In this document: one piece after another, positions 39,015 to 47,439 of the stretch | How the letters are laid out: the number at the start of each line of letters is the position of its first letter | How positions within the stretch are numbered: position 1 is the stretch's first letter | Origin: Lachnospiraceae bacterium | GTDB lineage: Bacteria > Bacillota > Clostridia > Lachnospirales > Lachnospiraceae | Direction: 5' to 3' | Length of the DNA: 64,000 bases | NCBI GenBank assembly: GCA_017480565.1 | Contig: JAFVAL010000050.1 | Location: 22,429-86,428, forward strand | The notes under the pieces: generated by a model | Told to the model about the DNA's origin: nothing | What the model saw: only the letters and a program-made list of their open reading frames with translations | Databases searched by the model: none | Program-made: the position numbers and the translations under genes

Positions 39015-39809
39015 ATGAAAAGAATCGATCAAAACATTTACGAGGTGAAGGACGAGAGGCTCCCTAAGGCAGCGAAGGGATGCAGACTCGCTGTGCTGGC
39101 GGATATTCATAACAACCGGTTTGGGGAAAATGATAACGACTTGCTTGCCGTGGTGAAAGATTTTGCACCGGATCTCATCTTGATTCCCGGCGATCTCATC
39201 GTCGGAGAGAGAGGAGCCATCGATTTTGAACCGGTGCTCTTTTTGCTGCGCAAGTTAAGAAAGATTGCGCCGGTGTACTATTCCGAGGGCAATCATGAGG
39301 AAATCTTAGATACGATCGGGCCGGAGGCTTCGGAACAGCTGCGTGCCTTTTATGGCAGGTGTTGGGAAGAAGATGTCGAGGTGCTTAAAAATGAGAGCAT
39401 CGTAACACCGCAGGGAATCCGCATTTACGGGCTTTCTCTTAGTATGTTGTACTACCGCAGAGCACGAATGACAGCGCTTTCGATGGAGGCGCTGGATCAG
39501 AAGCTGGGGTTAAAAGACCCGGAAGAATATGCGATTTTGTTAGCGCACCACCCGGCTTATTTCCCGCAATATGCGCTTTGGGGGGCGAATCTTGTCGTAA
39601 GCGGACATCAGCACGGCGGCATGGTAAGGCTTCCTAAAATCGGCGGGGTGATCTCACCGCAGTTAGCGCTATTTCCCAAGTATGATGCGGGAGAATACCG
39701 CGAACTGGAGTCCACGATGATCTTATCCCGCGGCCTTGGCAGCCACACGATCGATCTGCGCTTTTTGGGAAATGCGCCGGAATTTGTCGGAATAGTGCTT
39801 GATTCTTGA
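39015..39809 (+). CDS. Calcineurin-like metallophosphoesterase
   Basis: LADIHNN, PGDLI, GNHE and SGHQHGG motifs. Start at the ATG after an AGGAG-like sequence. Confidence 0.75.
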   Translation: MKRIDQNIYEVKDERLPKAAKGCRLAVLADIHNNRFGENDNDLLAVVKDFAPDLILIPGDLIVGERGAIDFEPVLFLLRKLRKIAPVYYSEGNHEEILDTIGPEASEQLRAFYGRCWEEDVEVLKNESIVTPQGIRIYGLSLSMLYYRRARMTALSMEALDQKLGLKDPEEYAILLAHHPAYFPQYALWGANLVVSGHQHGGMVRLPKIGGVISPQLALFPKYDAGEYRELESTMILSRGLGSHTIDLRFLGNAPEFVGIVLDS

Positions 39810-39857
39810 GAGGTTTTTTGAGAAAATAGATTAGTTGATACTGACTGGAGTAAGAAG

Positions 39858-40643
39858 ATGGCGATACAGGTAAAACTTGAGACCTTCGAGGGGCCGCTTG
39901 ATCTGCTTTTGCAGCTGATTGAGAAGAATAAAGTGAATATCTACGATATCCCGATCGCACTTATTACCGATCAGTATATGGAATATCTGCATGCGATGGA
40001 AGAGCTCGATTTGGATGTGATGAGTGACTTTCTTTTGATGGCGGCGACGCTTCTTAACATCAAGGCGAAGATGCTGCTGCCGGTGGAGAAGGATGAGAAC
40101 GACGAAGAGATCGATCCCAGAGAAGAGCTTGTGATGCGCCTGCTAGAGTATAAGATGTATAAGTACATTTCGCAGGAACTTCGGGATAAGGAGTTTGAGG
40201 CAGGGTTTCATCTGTATAAGAACGCGACGATTCCTGCGGAGGTCGAGGGGTATAAAGAACCGATTGATCCAAAGGCGGTCATTGAAAGCTCCGGCGTGGA
40301 TGCGCAGAAGCTTTACGACACCTTTGAGCAGGTGATGCGGCGGACGATCGATAAGGTCGATCCGGTGCGTTCGAAGTTTGGCAAGATTGAGCGGGAAGAG
40401 GTCAGTGTTGCCGATAAGATGACCTACGTCAGACACTATATGCGTGGACACAAGAAGATGCGGTTTCAGGATCTTCTTGAGAAGAGCAAGAACCGGACCG
40501 AAGTGGTCGTGACGTTTTTATGCGTGCTGGAGCTGATGAAGATTGGTGCGATTGTGCTGAAGCAAGAGCATTTATTTTCTGAGATTGACATTGAATATGT
40601 AGGAAGCGAAGATGAATCTATCGATATTGGAAGCGAATATTGA
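39858..40643 (+). CDS. scpA: Segregation and condensation protein A
   Basis: FEGPLDLLLQLIEKNKVNIYDIPIA is the canonical ScpA N-terminus. Confidence 0.88.
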   Translation: MAIQVKLETFEGPLDLLLQLIEKNKVNIYDIPIALITDQYMEYLHAMEELDLDVMSDFLLMAATLLNIKAKMLLPVEKDENDEEIDPREELVMRLLEYKMYKYISQELRDKEFEAGFHLYKNATIPAEVEGYKEPIDPKAVIESSGVDAQKLYDTFEQVMRRTIDKVDPVRSKFGKIEREEVSVADKMTYVRHYMRGHKKMRFQDLLEKSKNRTEVVVTFLCVLELMKIGAIVLKQEHLFSEIDIEYVGSEDESIDIGSEY

Positions 40644-41196
40644 GGCAATTTTGTTCAGTATGGGGGAGGCCGTTGACAGCGAGAGAATCGCAGTGGCCAT
40701 CGAACAGGATGTCGAGACGACTTGCAAGATTATCCGCAACATGATGGATAAGTATGACAAGGAAGACCGCGGCATCATGATCATCGAGATGGACGGCTCT
40801 TTCCAGATGTGTACAAAACCGGCCTATTACGATGTATTAAAGAAGCTGATTCATTTGCCCAAGAAGCATATGCTGACGGAAGTGATGTTAGAGACGCTCT
40901 CCATCATTGCTTATAAACAGCCGATTACGAGGGCAGAGATCGAGGCGATCCGCGGCGTGAGTTCTGATTTCGCGGTGAATCGTCTGATCGAATATCAGCT
41001 GATTGAAGAAAAGGGACGGCTCAATGCGCCCGGCCGTCCGATTCAGTTCGGGACGACGCAGGACTTTCTGCGAAGCTTTGGCTTGCAGTCTTTAGATGAC
41101 CTTCCGGTGATTCGCCCGGAGAAGGTGGAAGACTTTAAGTTAGAGGCGGAGAAAGAATATGAAGATCAGCAGATGGAGCTGAATCTGCAGATCTAA
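40612..41196 (+). CDS. scpB: Segregation and condensation protein B
   Basis: LEANIEAILFSMGE and LETLSIIAYKQPITRAEIEAIRGV winged-helix motifs. Overlaps scpA. Confidence 0.88.
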   Translation: MNLSILEANIEAILFSMGEAVDSERIAVAIEQDVETTCKIIRNMMDKYDKEDRGIMIIEMDGSFQMCTKPAYYDVLKKLIHLPKKHMLTEVMLETLSIIAYKQPITRAEIEAIRGVSSDFAVNRLIEYQLIEEKGRLNAPGRPIQFGTTQDFLRSFGLQSLDDLPVIRPEKVEDFKLEAEKEYEDQQMELNLQI

Positions 41197-41228
41197 AGGA
41201 CGCAAATAAACGCTCAGGAGGGGAATAT

Positions 41229-42092
41229 ATGAGACAGTTTATCATCACCACGGATACGACATCGGATCTTCCCAGATCTTATGTGGACGAACATCAGATT
41301 CCGATCATGTCATTAAGCTATACGATCGATGGGATCACTTATGATTGGAGCCATGAATTGCCGTATGATGAGTTTTATGCGAAGATGCGTGCAGGCTCTA
41401 TGCCTACGACCGCACAGATCATTCCGGAGCAGGCAAAGCAGACGTTCTTAAGTTTGATCGCGGCGGGGTACGATATCATTCACGTGGCATTTTCTTCTGC
41501 ACTTTCCGGCAGCTACCAGAGCGCTGAGATTGCAGCAAGAGAATTAAGAGAAGAGTTCCCGGAGGTCAAGATCGCAGTGATCGATTCTCTGTGCGCTTCT
41601 CTGGGCGAAGGATTATTGGTTCACAAGCTGATTCAGATGAAAGATGCCGGGAAGTCCTTTGATGAGATCGTCGCCTGGGCGGAAGAGAATAAGACCACAG
41701 TCTGCCACAATTTCACGGTGGATAATCTGTTCCATCTCTACCGCGGCGGCAGAGTCACAAAGACGACTGCCATCCTAGGCACGATGCTTTCCATCAAGCC
41801 TTTACTGCATGTGGATGATGAAGGGCGACTGATCAACATCGATAAGACCAGAGGACGTAAAAAGTCTTTAAAATGGTTGGTTGATCGGATGTGTGAGCAG
41901 ATCAAAGAGTATGACAATGATTGCTTCTTTATCAGTCACGGAGACTGCTTAGAAGAAGCAGAATATGTGGCAGAGCTCGTTGAAGAAAAGACTGGGATCA
42001 AGGATCACCTGATCAATTACGTCGGACCTACCATCGGAGCACATTCCGGTCCTGGTACGATGGCTTTATTCTTCCTTGGCAGACCGAGATAA
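41229..42092 (+). CDS. DegV family fatty-acid-binding protein (second copy)
   Basis: ITTDTTSDLP and YRGGRVTK motifs. 287 aa. Confidence 0.85.
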   Translation: MRQFIITTDTTSDLPRSYVDEHQIPIMSLSYTIDGITYDWSHELPYDEFYAKMRAGSMPTTAQIIPEQAKQTFLSLIAAGYDIIHVAFSSALSGSYQSAEIAARELREEFPEVKIAVIDSLCASLGEGLLVHKLIQMKDAGKSFDEIVAWAEENKTTVCHNFTVDNLFHLYRGGRVTKTTAILGTMLSIKPLLHVDDEGRLINIDKTRGRKKSLKWLVDRMCEQIKEYDNDCFFISHGDCLEEAEYVAELVEEKTGIKDHLINYVGPTIGAHSGPGTMALFFLGRPR

Positions 42093-42149
42093 ATTTCGTT
42101 AATTCATAGATTAGGGGCAGGAGTTTAGACTGCAGGATCGAGGACGTGT

Positions 42150-44162
42150 ATGAAAGGTATGTATGAACGCCTTTATTTGAATGATCATTGGGGGTTTCGT
42201 CCGCATTTAACCAAAGAAATGATGAAAGCAGAGTGCGACTGGAAGAAGCTTACGGTCGTGTCTTTGCCGCACGCGCCTTTTGCCATGGAAGTGCCGCTAA
42301 AAGGAGAGAGAGATCTCCACAAGATCTGCGGCTACCGCAAGGAGTTTTCTCTGGGTAAGAATTACCGCGCGCGTCATCTGTTTTTACACGTCACGAAGCC
42401 GGCTGGTCATCTCACCGTTTATTTGAACGGCCAGGAGATCGCCAAAGCGCAGACTGGGGATCCGGAACTTATCCTGGATGTCAATGACATTTTATTCTAT
42501 GATCAGAATAATGTGTTGATCATCGAGGCGAATAACGAAGATCCAGAAGATCTGCCATTTGCAGGGCTTGCCTCGGAAGTGTTCCTGGAAGTGCGTGGGG
42601 ACATCTTCATGAAGCAGTGCCAGATGGAGATGGGCGATGACTGCATGACGACCATCGTGGTCAATGAAGTACGTCCGAATCTGAAGCTGCGCCAGAAGCT
42701 GATCGAGGTCGGCAGACGTCCGAGAATCCTTGCGGAGGCAGATGTGACGAAGGAGACGACGAAGCTTTCCTTCTCCCTCGTATCTTACAGACGCTGGGAT
42801 CCGACCGCACCGGCACTCTACGAGGTGGAGACGGAGCTTTTAGAGGGCGGCCGCAAGGTGGATACGATCAAGGAGACGGTCGGGTTTACCCGCAAGGAAT
42901 GGAAAGATGGCCGTTTCTTCCTAAATGGTCACCGTATGCATCTGACTGCTGTAATGCTACCGGGTATATTTGCCTATCTTGGCTATCAGGTGCCGGGTAC
43001 ATTTCCTGCGGAGGACGTTACAAGAGTCAAGAAGCTTTCCTGTTTTGATGCAGTGATCGCTTCCGGCCCTTGCTTTACCGAAGAGATTCTGGATCGGTGT
43101 GATGAAGAAGGCATTTTATGCTTGACGGAAGAAGAGAGATTTTCCAATCATGCTTCTGCGGTGATTCTGAAAAGAGAAGAGCTGAAGCGTCTGTTAGATC
43201 AGGCAAAGGTGGATTATGATGAGAATCCTGCGGTCGCGCTTGGAAAGACTTTAGGTGCATCTGATCCGATCAGTGTGTATTCCTGGCCGCTCACTTCGGA
43301 TTATCCGATCCGCAACAAGCCGGAAGGGACGCCAGGCATCTTCTCTGTGCTAAGAGAAGAGCGCGTGCCGAAGGAGTTGTTCCTTGCGCAGGCCGATGGC
43401 GGACTGTGTGCGCAGATGCATTTGGAAGAGACGGCTCCGGGATACTTTGAGCCTGTGTTATATACCAACGCTTCTGAAGCAGAGATTTTCCTGGCAAATA
43501 AAAGCCTAGGGGTCTATGAGGCGAATTCCTCCTACGCGCCGGGCTTAAATCACGCGATTATCCGTATTCCGGACTTCCGCTATAAGATGGCTGGGATGCT
43601 TGGCAGGCTCAATGAGCGTATGATCAAAGAGATGGAAGAGCTCCTTCCGATGCTCAAGGAAAAGGGCGAAGCCGGTTTATCCCGTCTTGATAAAGTGAAG
43701 CTTCAGATGCTCATGCGCCGCGCGAAACTTTCCGCAGAAGATGTTGCATCGATGACGCAGGGGTATTATAATGACTTCAGAAATGTAGCCGAGGATTTCT
43801 CTGCTCTGGTGCGTCAGGATGAGGAAGAGATCCGTGTATCGATGCCGAAACGCAGTTTTGATCATCTTTATGTAAAGGCGCGAAAGACTGCCTTAACGCC
43901 CGGACACAGCTATGATCTGACCGAGGTCGTTGTGGAAGCGCGGGATAAGGAAGACAAGCTTTGCGATCGCTGGCAGGGGGATCTTGCCATTGCAGCGAAG
44001 GGGCGTGTCGCAGTGATTCCTGGCGATACCATGAAGATTCGCGGCGGCAGAGCTACATTTTATGTGAGATCCATCGCCTTAACAGGGGAAGGGGAAGTAC
44101 GTGTGCGCAGACCTGATGTGCGCACCGAGCCGGTTGTGATCCGGTTCATCCTACAGGAATAA
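42150..44162 (+). CDS. GH2-like protein (sugar-binding and Ig-like domains recognisable, catalytic barrel apparently degenerate)
   Basis: LNDHWGF...VSLPHA...GYRKEF...VYLNGQEI...NVLIIEANN fits Glyco_hydro_2_N. WDPTAPALYEV...GFTRKEW...FFLNGHRM fits the second domain. The LDRCDEEGILCLTEE strand is present, but I could not see a WSxGNE acid/base motif. Confidence 0.5.
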   Translation: MKGMYERLYLNDHWGFRPHLTKEMMKAECDWKKLTVVSLPHAPFAMEVPLKGERDLHKICGYRKEFSLGKNYRARHLFLHVTKPAGHLTVYLNGQEIAKAQTGDPELILDVNDILFYDQNNVLIIEANNEDPEDLPFAGLASEVFLEVRGDIFMKQCQMEMGDDCMTTIVVNEVRPNLKLRQKLIEVGRRPRILAEADVTKETTKLSFSLVSYRRWDPTAPALYEVETELLEGGRKVDTIKETVGFTRKEWKDGRFFLNGHRMHLTAVMLPGIFAYLGYQVPGTFPAEDVTRVKKLSCFDAVIASGPCFTEEILDRCDEEGILCLTEEERFSNHASAVILKREELKRLLDQAKVDYDENPAVALGKTLGASDPISVYSWPLTSDYPIRNKPEGTPGIFSVLREERVPKELFLAQADGGLCAQMHLEETAPGYFEPVLYTNASEAEIFLANKSLGVYEANSSYAPGLNHAIIRIPDFRYKMAGMLGRLNERMIKEMEELLPMLKEKGEAGLSRLDKVKLQMLMRRAKLSAEDVASMTQGYYNDFRNVAEDFSALVRQDEEEIRVSMPKRSFDHLYVKARKTALTPGHSYDLTEVVVEARDKEDKLCDRWQGDLAIAAKGRVAVIPGDTMKIRGGRATFYVRSIALTGEGEVRVRRPDVRTEPVVIRFILQE

Positions 44163-44188
44163 TTAATTGTCGGAATCATCCGGCATAC

Positions 44189-44261
<73 letters not shown>

Positions 44262-44297
44262 TGCGATGAACAAAATCAGAAAAAGCTAACAAAGGAA

Positions 44298-44341
44298 AAT
44301 CGCACGATTTTATTGACTGAATCGTGCGATTTTTATATAAT
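44298..44341 (+). promoter_or_regulatory. 12-bp inverted repeat (tRNA terminator and/or TA operator) containing a consensus promoter for the TA operon
   Basis: aatcgcacgatt / aatcgtgcgatt arms followed by a T-run. TTGACT (44313-44318), 17 nt, TATAAT (44336-44341) is embedded in the loop and right arm. Confidence 0.5.
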
Positions 44342-44372
44342 AATAGTACAAATACAAAAGGAGGTGCGTTCG

Positions 44373-44588
44373 ATGTCTATCACAGCAACCGAATTGAAAA
44401 TGAATCTGAGCAAATATCTGCTGATGGCAGAGACGGAGGATGTGTTTATCACGAAGAACGGTAAGATTGTGGCGAAGCTGACCAATCCGTTTCAGAAACG
44501 GGTAGACGTGGCAAAGTCGCTCTTTGGTGTGCTACCCGCCACGCTGACGCTGGAACAAGCCATGAAGGAGCGCGTGGAGCTGCTATGA
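44373..44588 (+). CDS. Type II antitoxin, Phd/YefM family
   Basis: 71 aa. The sequence MSITATELKMNLSKYLLMAETEDVFITKNGKIVAKL is typical Phd/YefM. AAAGGAGGTG RBS. The track's longer ORF runs into the tRNA. Confidence 0.8.
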   Translation: MSITATELKMNLSKYLLMAETEDVFITKNGKIVAKLTNPFQKRVDVAKSLFGVLPATLTLEQAMKERVELL

Positions 44589-45007
44589 GAGTCTTATTCG
44601 ATACCTGTGTCATTCTGGATGCATTGCAGGCTCGTGAGCCGTTCCGCGAGGATGCTGAAAAGCTGTTTCTCCTGGTTGCTAATGAGCGAATCCACGGTGC
44701 CTTGACAGCAAAATCTATAACTGACATCTATTATCTCACTCACAGGATTACTCACAATGATCAGCGTACTAGGGAGATTCTGATGAATCTGTTGTCGTTG
44801 TTTGACCTTGTAGACACCACCGGCAATGACATCCGACAAGCTCTGCTCTCTGAACTTTCTGACTACGAGGACGCCGTGATGGTAGAAGCGGCCACTCGGG
44901 AGGAAATGGACTGCATTGTCACACGAAATCTTCACGAGTACCGGAAAGCGGCCTGCAAGGTTTTAAGTCCCAGTGAATTGCTGAAGAAACTGGCTGAGGA
45001 TGTGTGA
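44585..45007 (+). CDS. PIN-domain toxin (VapC-like ribonuclease)
   Basis: 140 aa with a VLFDTCVILD N-terminal acidic motif and later conserved D/E (DYEDAV, VTRN). ATGA overlap with the antitoxin. Confidence 0.78.
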   Translation: MRVLFDTCVILDALQAREPFREDAEKLFLLVANERIHGALTAKSITDIYYLTHRITHNDQRTREILMNLLSLFDLVDTTGNDIRQALLSELSDYEDAVMVEAATREEMDCIVTRNLHEYRKAACKVLSPSELLKKLAEDV

Positions 45008-45028
45008 CCCATTTCATGAGGTGAGTGT

Positions 45029-45664
45029 ATGAGAGAACCCAAGTTTACATTTAATGCGTTTATTTTTATCGTAATTTTATTCTCGGCCTTGTATTTTTTC
45101 GCCAATGTCAGTCTGTTTAATCTGCTGGTACCGCCGGCGATCAACGATACGCATGAGATTGAGAACAGTGATTATGTGGTGCGCTACAATACAATCATTC
45201 CCAGCGGTATCTATGACGGATCAGATAGCTGGTCGCATCTGATGATTGAAGGGGAGTTTGGCTACAACTGGGGCATGGTTGCGAAAGAAGATGCGTTATA
45301 CTGCAATGAATATCATACGACGACATTTGCTTACATGACGACGGATCTGGTGCGGATCGATCTTAAGACATTTGAGAAGACTATCGTGAGGAAAGATGCG
45401 ATGTTGGTGGGAGAGACGACCTCCGGCGAACTCATTTACCTGGACGGATGCGTGATGGCTAACTGGTTTCCGGCAACCAATCCGCTCTACCGGCTCTACG
45501 GCGCTGCGAACAGAAGTCTGCTAAAGGGCGAGAACGGTGCGATGGTCTGTTTTTATAATACCGGTGATGCAAATGTGGTCTATCAGGTAGAGGATTTGAA
45601 TGCGCTTACCGATGCCAGACAGGCCTATTATCGGTCGCATTCGCTTGCGGAGGTGAAGCCATGA
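45029..45664 (+). CDS. Hypothetical membrane-anchored protein (one N-terminal TM, ~170 aa outside domain)
   Basis: GAGGTG RBS 5 nt upstream of the ATG. Starts 21 nt after the toxin gene. No family recognised. Confidence 0.5.
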   Translation: MREPKFTFNAFIFIVILFSALYFFANVSLFNLLVPPAINDTHEIENSDYVVRYNTIIPSGIYDGSDSWSHLMIEGEFGYNWGMVAKEDALYCNEYHTTTFAYMTTDLVRIDLKTFEKTIVRKDAMLVGETTSGELIYLDGCVMANWFPATNPLYRLYGAANRSLLKGENGAMVCFYNTGDANVVYQVEDLNALTDARQAYYRSHSLAEVKP

Positions 45665-46116
45665 AGAAGAAAGTATCCGGCGTAAAGCTTGCGGTGATCA
45701 TTTTTCAGGTGATATCTTTGCTGCCGCTAATGTATTTTGTCATGACGCTTGGCTATAGTACCGTGGTAACAAATTACGGATTCTTTGCCTGGCTTTTTGA
45801 CCTTGGGATCGCGCTTCTTCCGAGGGTGGAAGTGCTTTTGGTGTCTTTGCTTTATCACGTGACGAAAAATGAAGTTGCCGTGTATTTCGCTTTTGTCGTT
45901 ACCGCTTTGATCGTGGGGCTTGTCTTTGAGAGGCTGATGTCTGGATCAGAGAAAACAAAACAGCGGACACGCATGGTGACCGCTGTCTTTATCGGTATTG
46001 ATTTGATTCTTCGGGTGTTGCCGTTATCGGTCAACCTGATTCAAAACGGCTGGTTTCGCGCAGGCGGATCGATCGCTGCAATGATTTGCCTTATCCTAAT
46101 AATACTCGTGCGATGA
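45661..46116 (+). CDS. Hypothetical polytopic membrane protein (about 5 TM)
   Basis: ATGA overlap with the preceding ORF and hydrophobic periodicity. No family recognised. Confidence 0.5.
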   Translation: MKKKVSGVKLAVIIFQVISLLPLMYFVMTLGYSTVVTNYGFFAWLFDLGIALLPRVEVLLVSLLYHVTKNEVAVYFAFVVTALIVGLVFERLMSGSEKTKQRTRMVTAVFIGIDLILRVLPLSVNLIQNGWFRAGGSIAAMICLILIILVR

Positions 46117-47260
46117 TGTCTGCCGCTTCATCGATGAGGGCTTCAGTGTGCGTTGCCATGTAGCTGGTACGAAGCAGGCACTCGCCGGGAGCGGTTGCCG
46201 GAGGAAGAACCGGATTGACATAGACGCCTGCATCATAAAGCTCTTTGGCCTTTAACAGGGTGTTCTCTAACTCGTAAGTATAAATCGGAACAATGGGGGT
46301 ATCAGATTCACGGATCTTGAGCCCTCTTTCTTTATACGCATTTCTCGCATGGGCTGCCAGAGAAAGAAGTCTCTTAGGCAGTTCCGGGTGAGCCTTTAAG
46401 TGGCGCAGTGCCGCGAGAGCGGAAGCGCAGGCTGCCGGCGGAATCGATGCAGAGAAGATAAACGGGCGGGAGTTGTGGCGTACATAGTCGCAGACGACTT
46501 CAGATGCTGCCATGTAGCCGCCAAGGCTTGCTAACGACTTTGAAAATGTGCCCATGATGATGTCGACTTCGTCTTCCAGACCGTAATAGCTGGCTGTGCC
46601 GCGGCCGCCTTCGCCGATGACACCAAGTCCGTGTGCATCGTCAACCATCACACGTGCACCGTATTTCTTCGCAAGAGCGACAATCTCGGGGAGATTTGCG
46701 ATGTCACCACCCATGGAGAAGACACCGTCGGTCACGATCAGGCAACCTGCGTTCTCCGGGACACCCTGCAGAAGCTTTTCCAGTTCCTGCATATCGTTGT
46801 GGCGATAGCGGAGCATTTTTCCATAGCTTAACTTGCATCCGTCGTAGATGCTGGCATGGTTCTCACGGTCGCAGATGACATAATCACCACGTCCGACGAT
46901 CGCACTGATAATGCCTAAGTTGGACTGGAATCCGGTGGAGAAAGTGACCGCAGAATCTTTGTGGACAAAGTCTGCAAGCTCTGCTTCCAGCTCCAGGTGC
47001 ATCTTTAATGTACCGTTTAAGAAACGAGAACCGGAGCAGCCACTGCCATACTGTTCAAATGCTTTGATACCTGCTTCGATGACGGCAGGCTCGGTGGTCA
47101 AGCCAAGATAGTTGTTGGAACCCAGCATGATGCGGCGCTTGCCTTCCATGATGACTTCGACATCCTGTCTGGATTCTAATGCATGAAAGTAAGGATAGAT
47201 GCCTTTCTCACGAAATTCATTGGCGAGCGTATAATTAAAACACTTTTCAAAGATATCCAT
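46091..47260 (-). CDS. PLP-dependent alpha-oxoamine synthase (SPT/KBL/BioF family), SPT-like motifs
   Basis: 389 aa. GSGCSGSRFLNGT, NHASIYDGC and DDAHGLG motifs, with the PLP lysine in GTFSKSLASLGGY. Confidence 0.8.
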   Translation of the reverse strand: MDIFEKCFNYTLANEFREKGIYPYFHALESRQDVEVIMEGKRRIMLGSNNYLGLTTEPAVIEAGIKAFEQYGSGCSGSRFLNGTLKMHLELEAELADFVHKDSAVTFSTGFQSNLGIISAIVGRGDYVICDRENHASIYDGCKLSYGKMLRYRHNDMQELEKLLQGVPENAGCLIVTDGVFSMGGDIANLPEIVALAKKYGARVMVDDAHGLGVIGEGGRGTASYYGLEDEVDIIMGTFSKSLASLGGYMAASEVVCDYVRHNSRPFIFSASIPPAACASALAALRHLKAHPELPKRLLSLAAHARNAYKERGLKIRESDTPIVPIYTYELENTLLKAKELYDAGVYVNPVLPPATAPGECLLRTSYMATHTEALIDEAADIIARVLLG

Positions 47261-47304
47261 AGATTGCCTCCATTGAATTTATAAAAATTTTATAAACTAG
47301 TTGC

Positions 47305-47333
47305 ATTATACTGAAGCTTTTGGAAGTTGTCAA
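47305..47333 (-). promoter_or_regulatory. Consensus sigma-A promoter of the alpha-oxoamine synthase gene
   Basis: Minus strand reads TTGACA, 17 nt, TATAAT, about 45 nt upstream of the ATG. Confidence 0.6.
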
Positions 47334-47352
47334 CTCATGCGCGGCAAGGATC

Positions 47353-47372
47353 GGTTTAAGGATTGATTAAGA
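47353..47372 (-). promoter_or_regulatory. Third copy of the 20-bp direct-repeat box
   Basis: ggtttaaggattgattaaga, 17/20 identical to the GT2 box. Same orientation relative to a minus-strand gene, 19 nt upstream of its -35. Confidence 0.4.
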
Positions 47373-47409
47373 ATGTGCGAAAACATTTGCAGAAAATGAT
47401 AAATACTGC

Positions 47410-47438
47410 TTGACACGGGTTAGAATCTTTAGTAAACT
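47410..47438 (+). promoter_or_regulatory. Candidate ylxM-ffh promoter
   Basis: TTGACA, 17 nt, TAAACT. Confidence 0.4.
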
Positions 47439-47439
47439 A

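Noticed and set aside
46106-46114. A 9-nt match tcgtgcgat between the hairpin after tRNA-Ala (44322-44330) and the far end of the TA-linked block, as possible att-like direct repeats
   Set aside because: It is too short to be significant, it does not include the tRNA 3' end, and no integrase is present.
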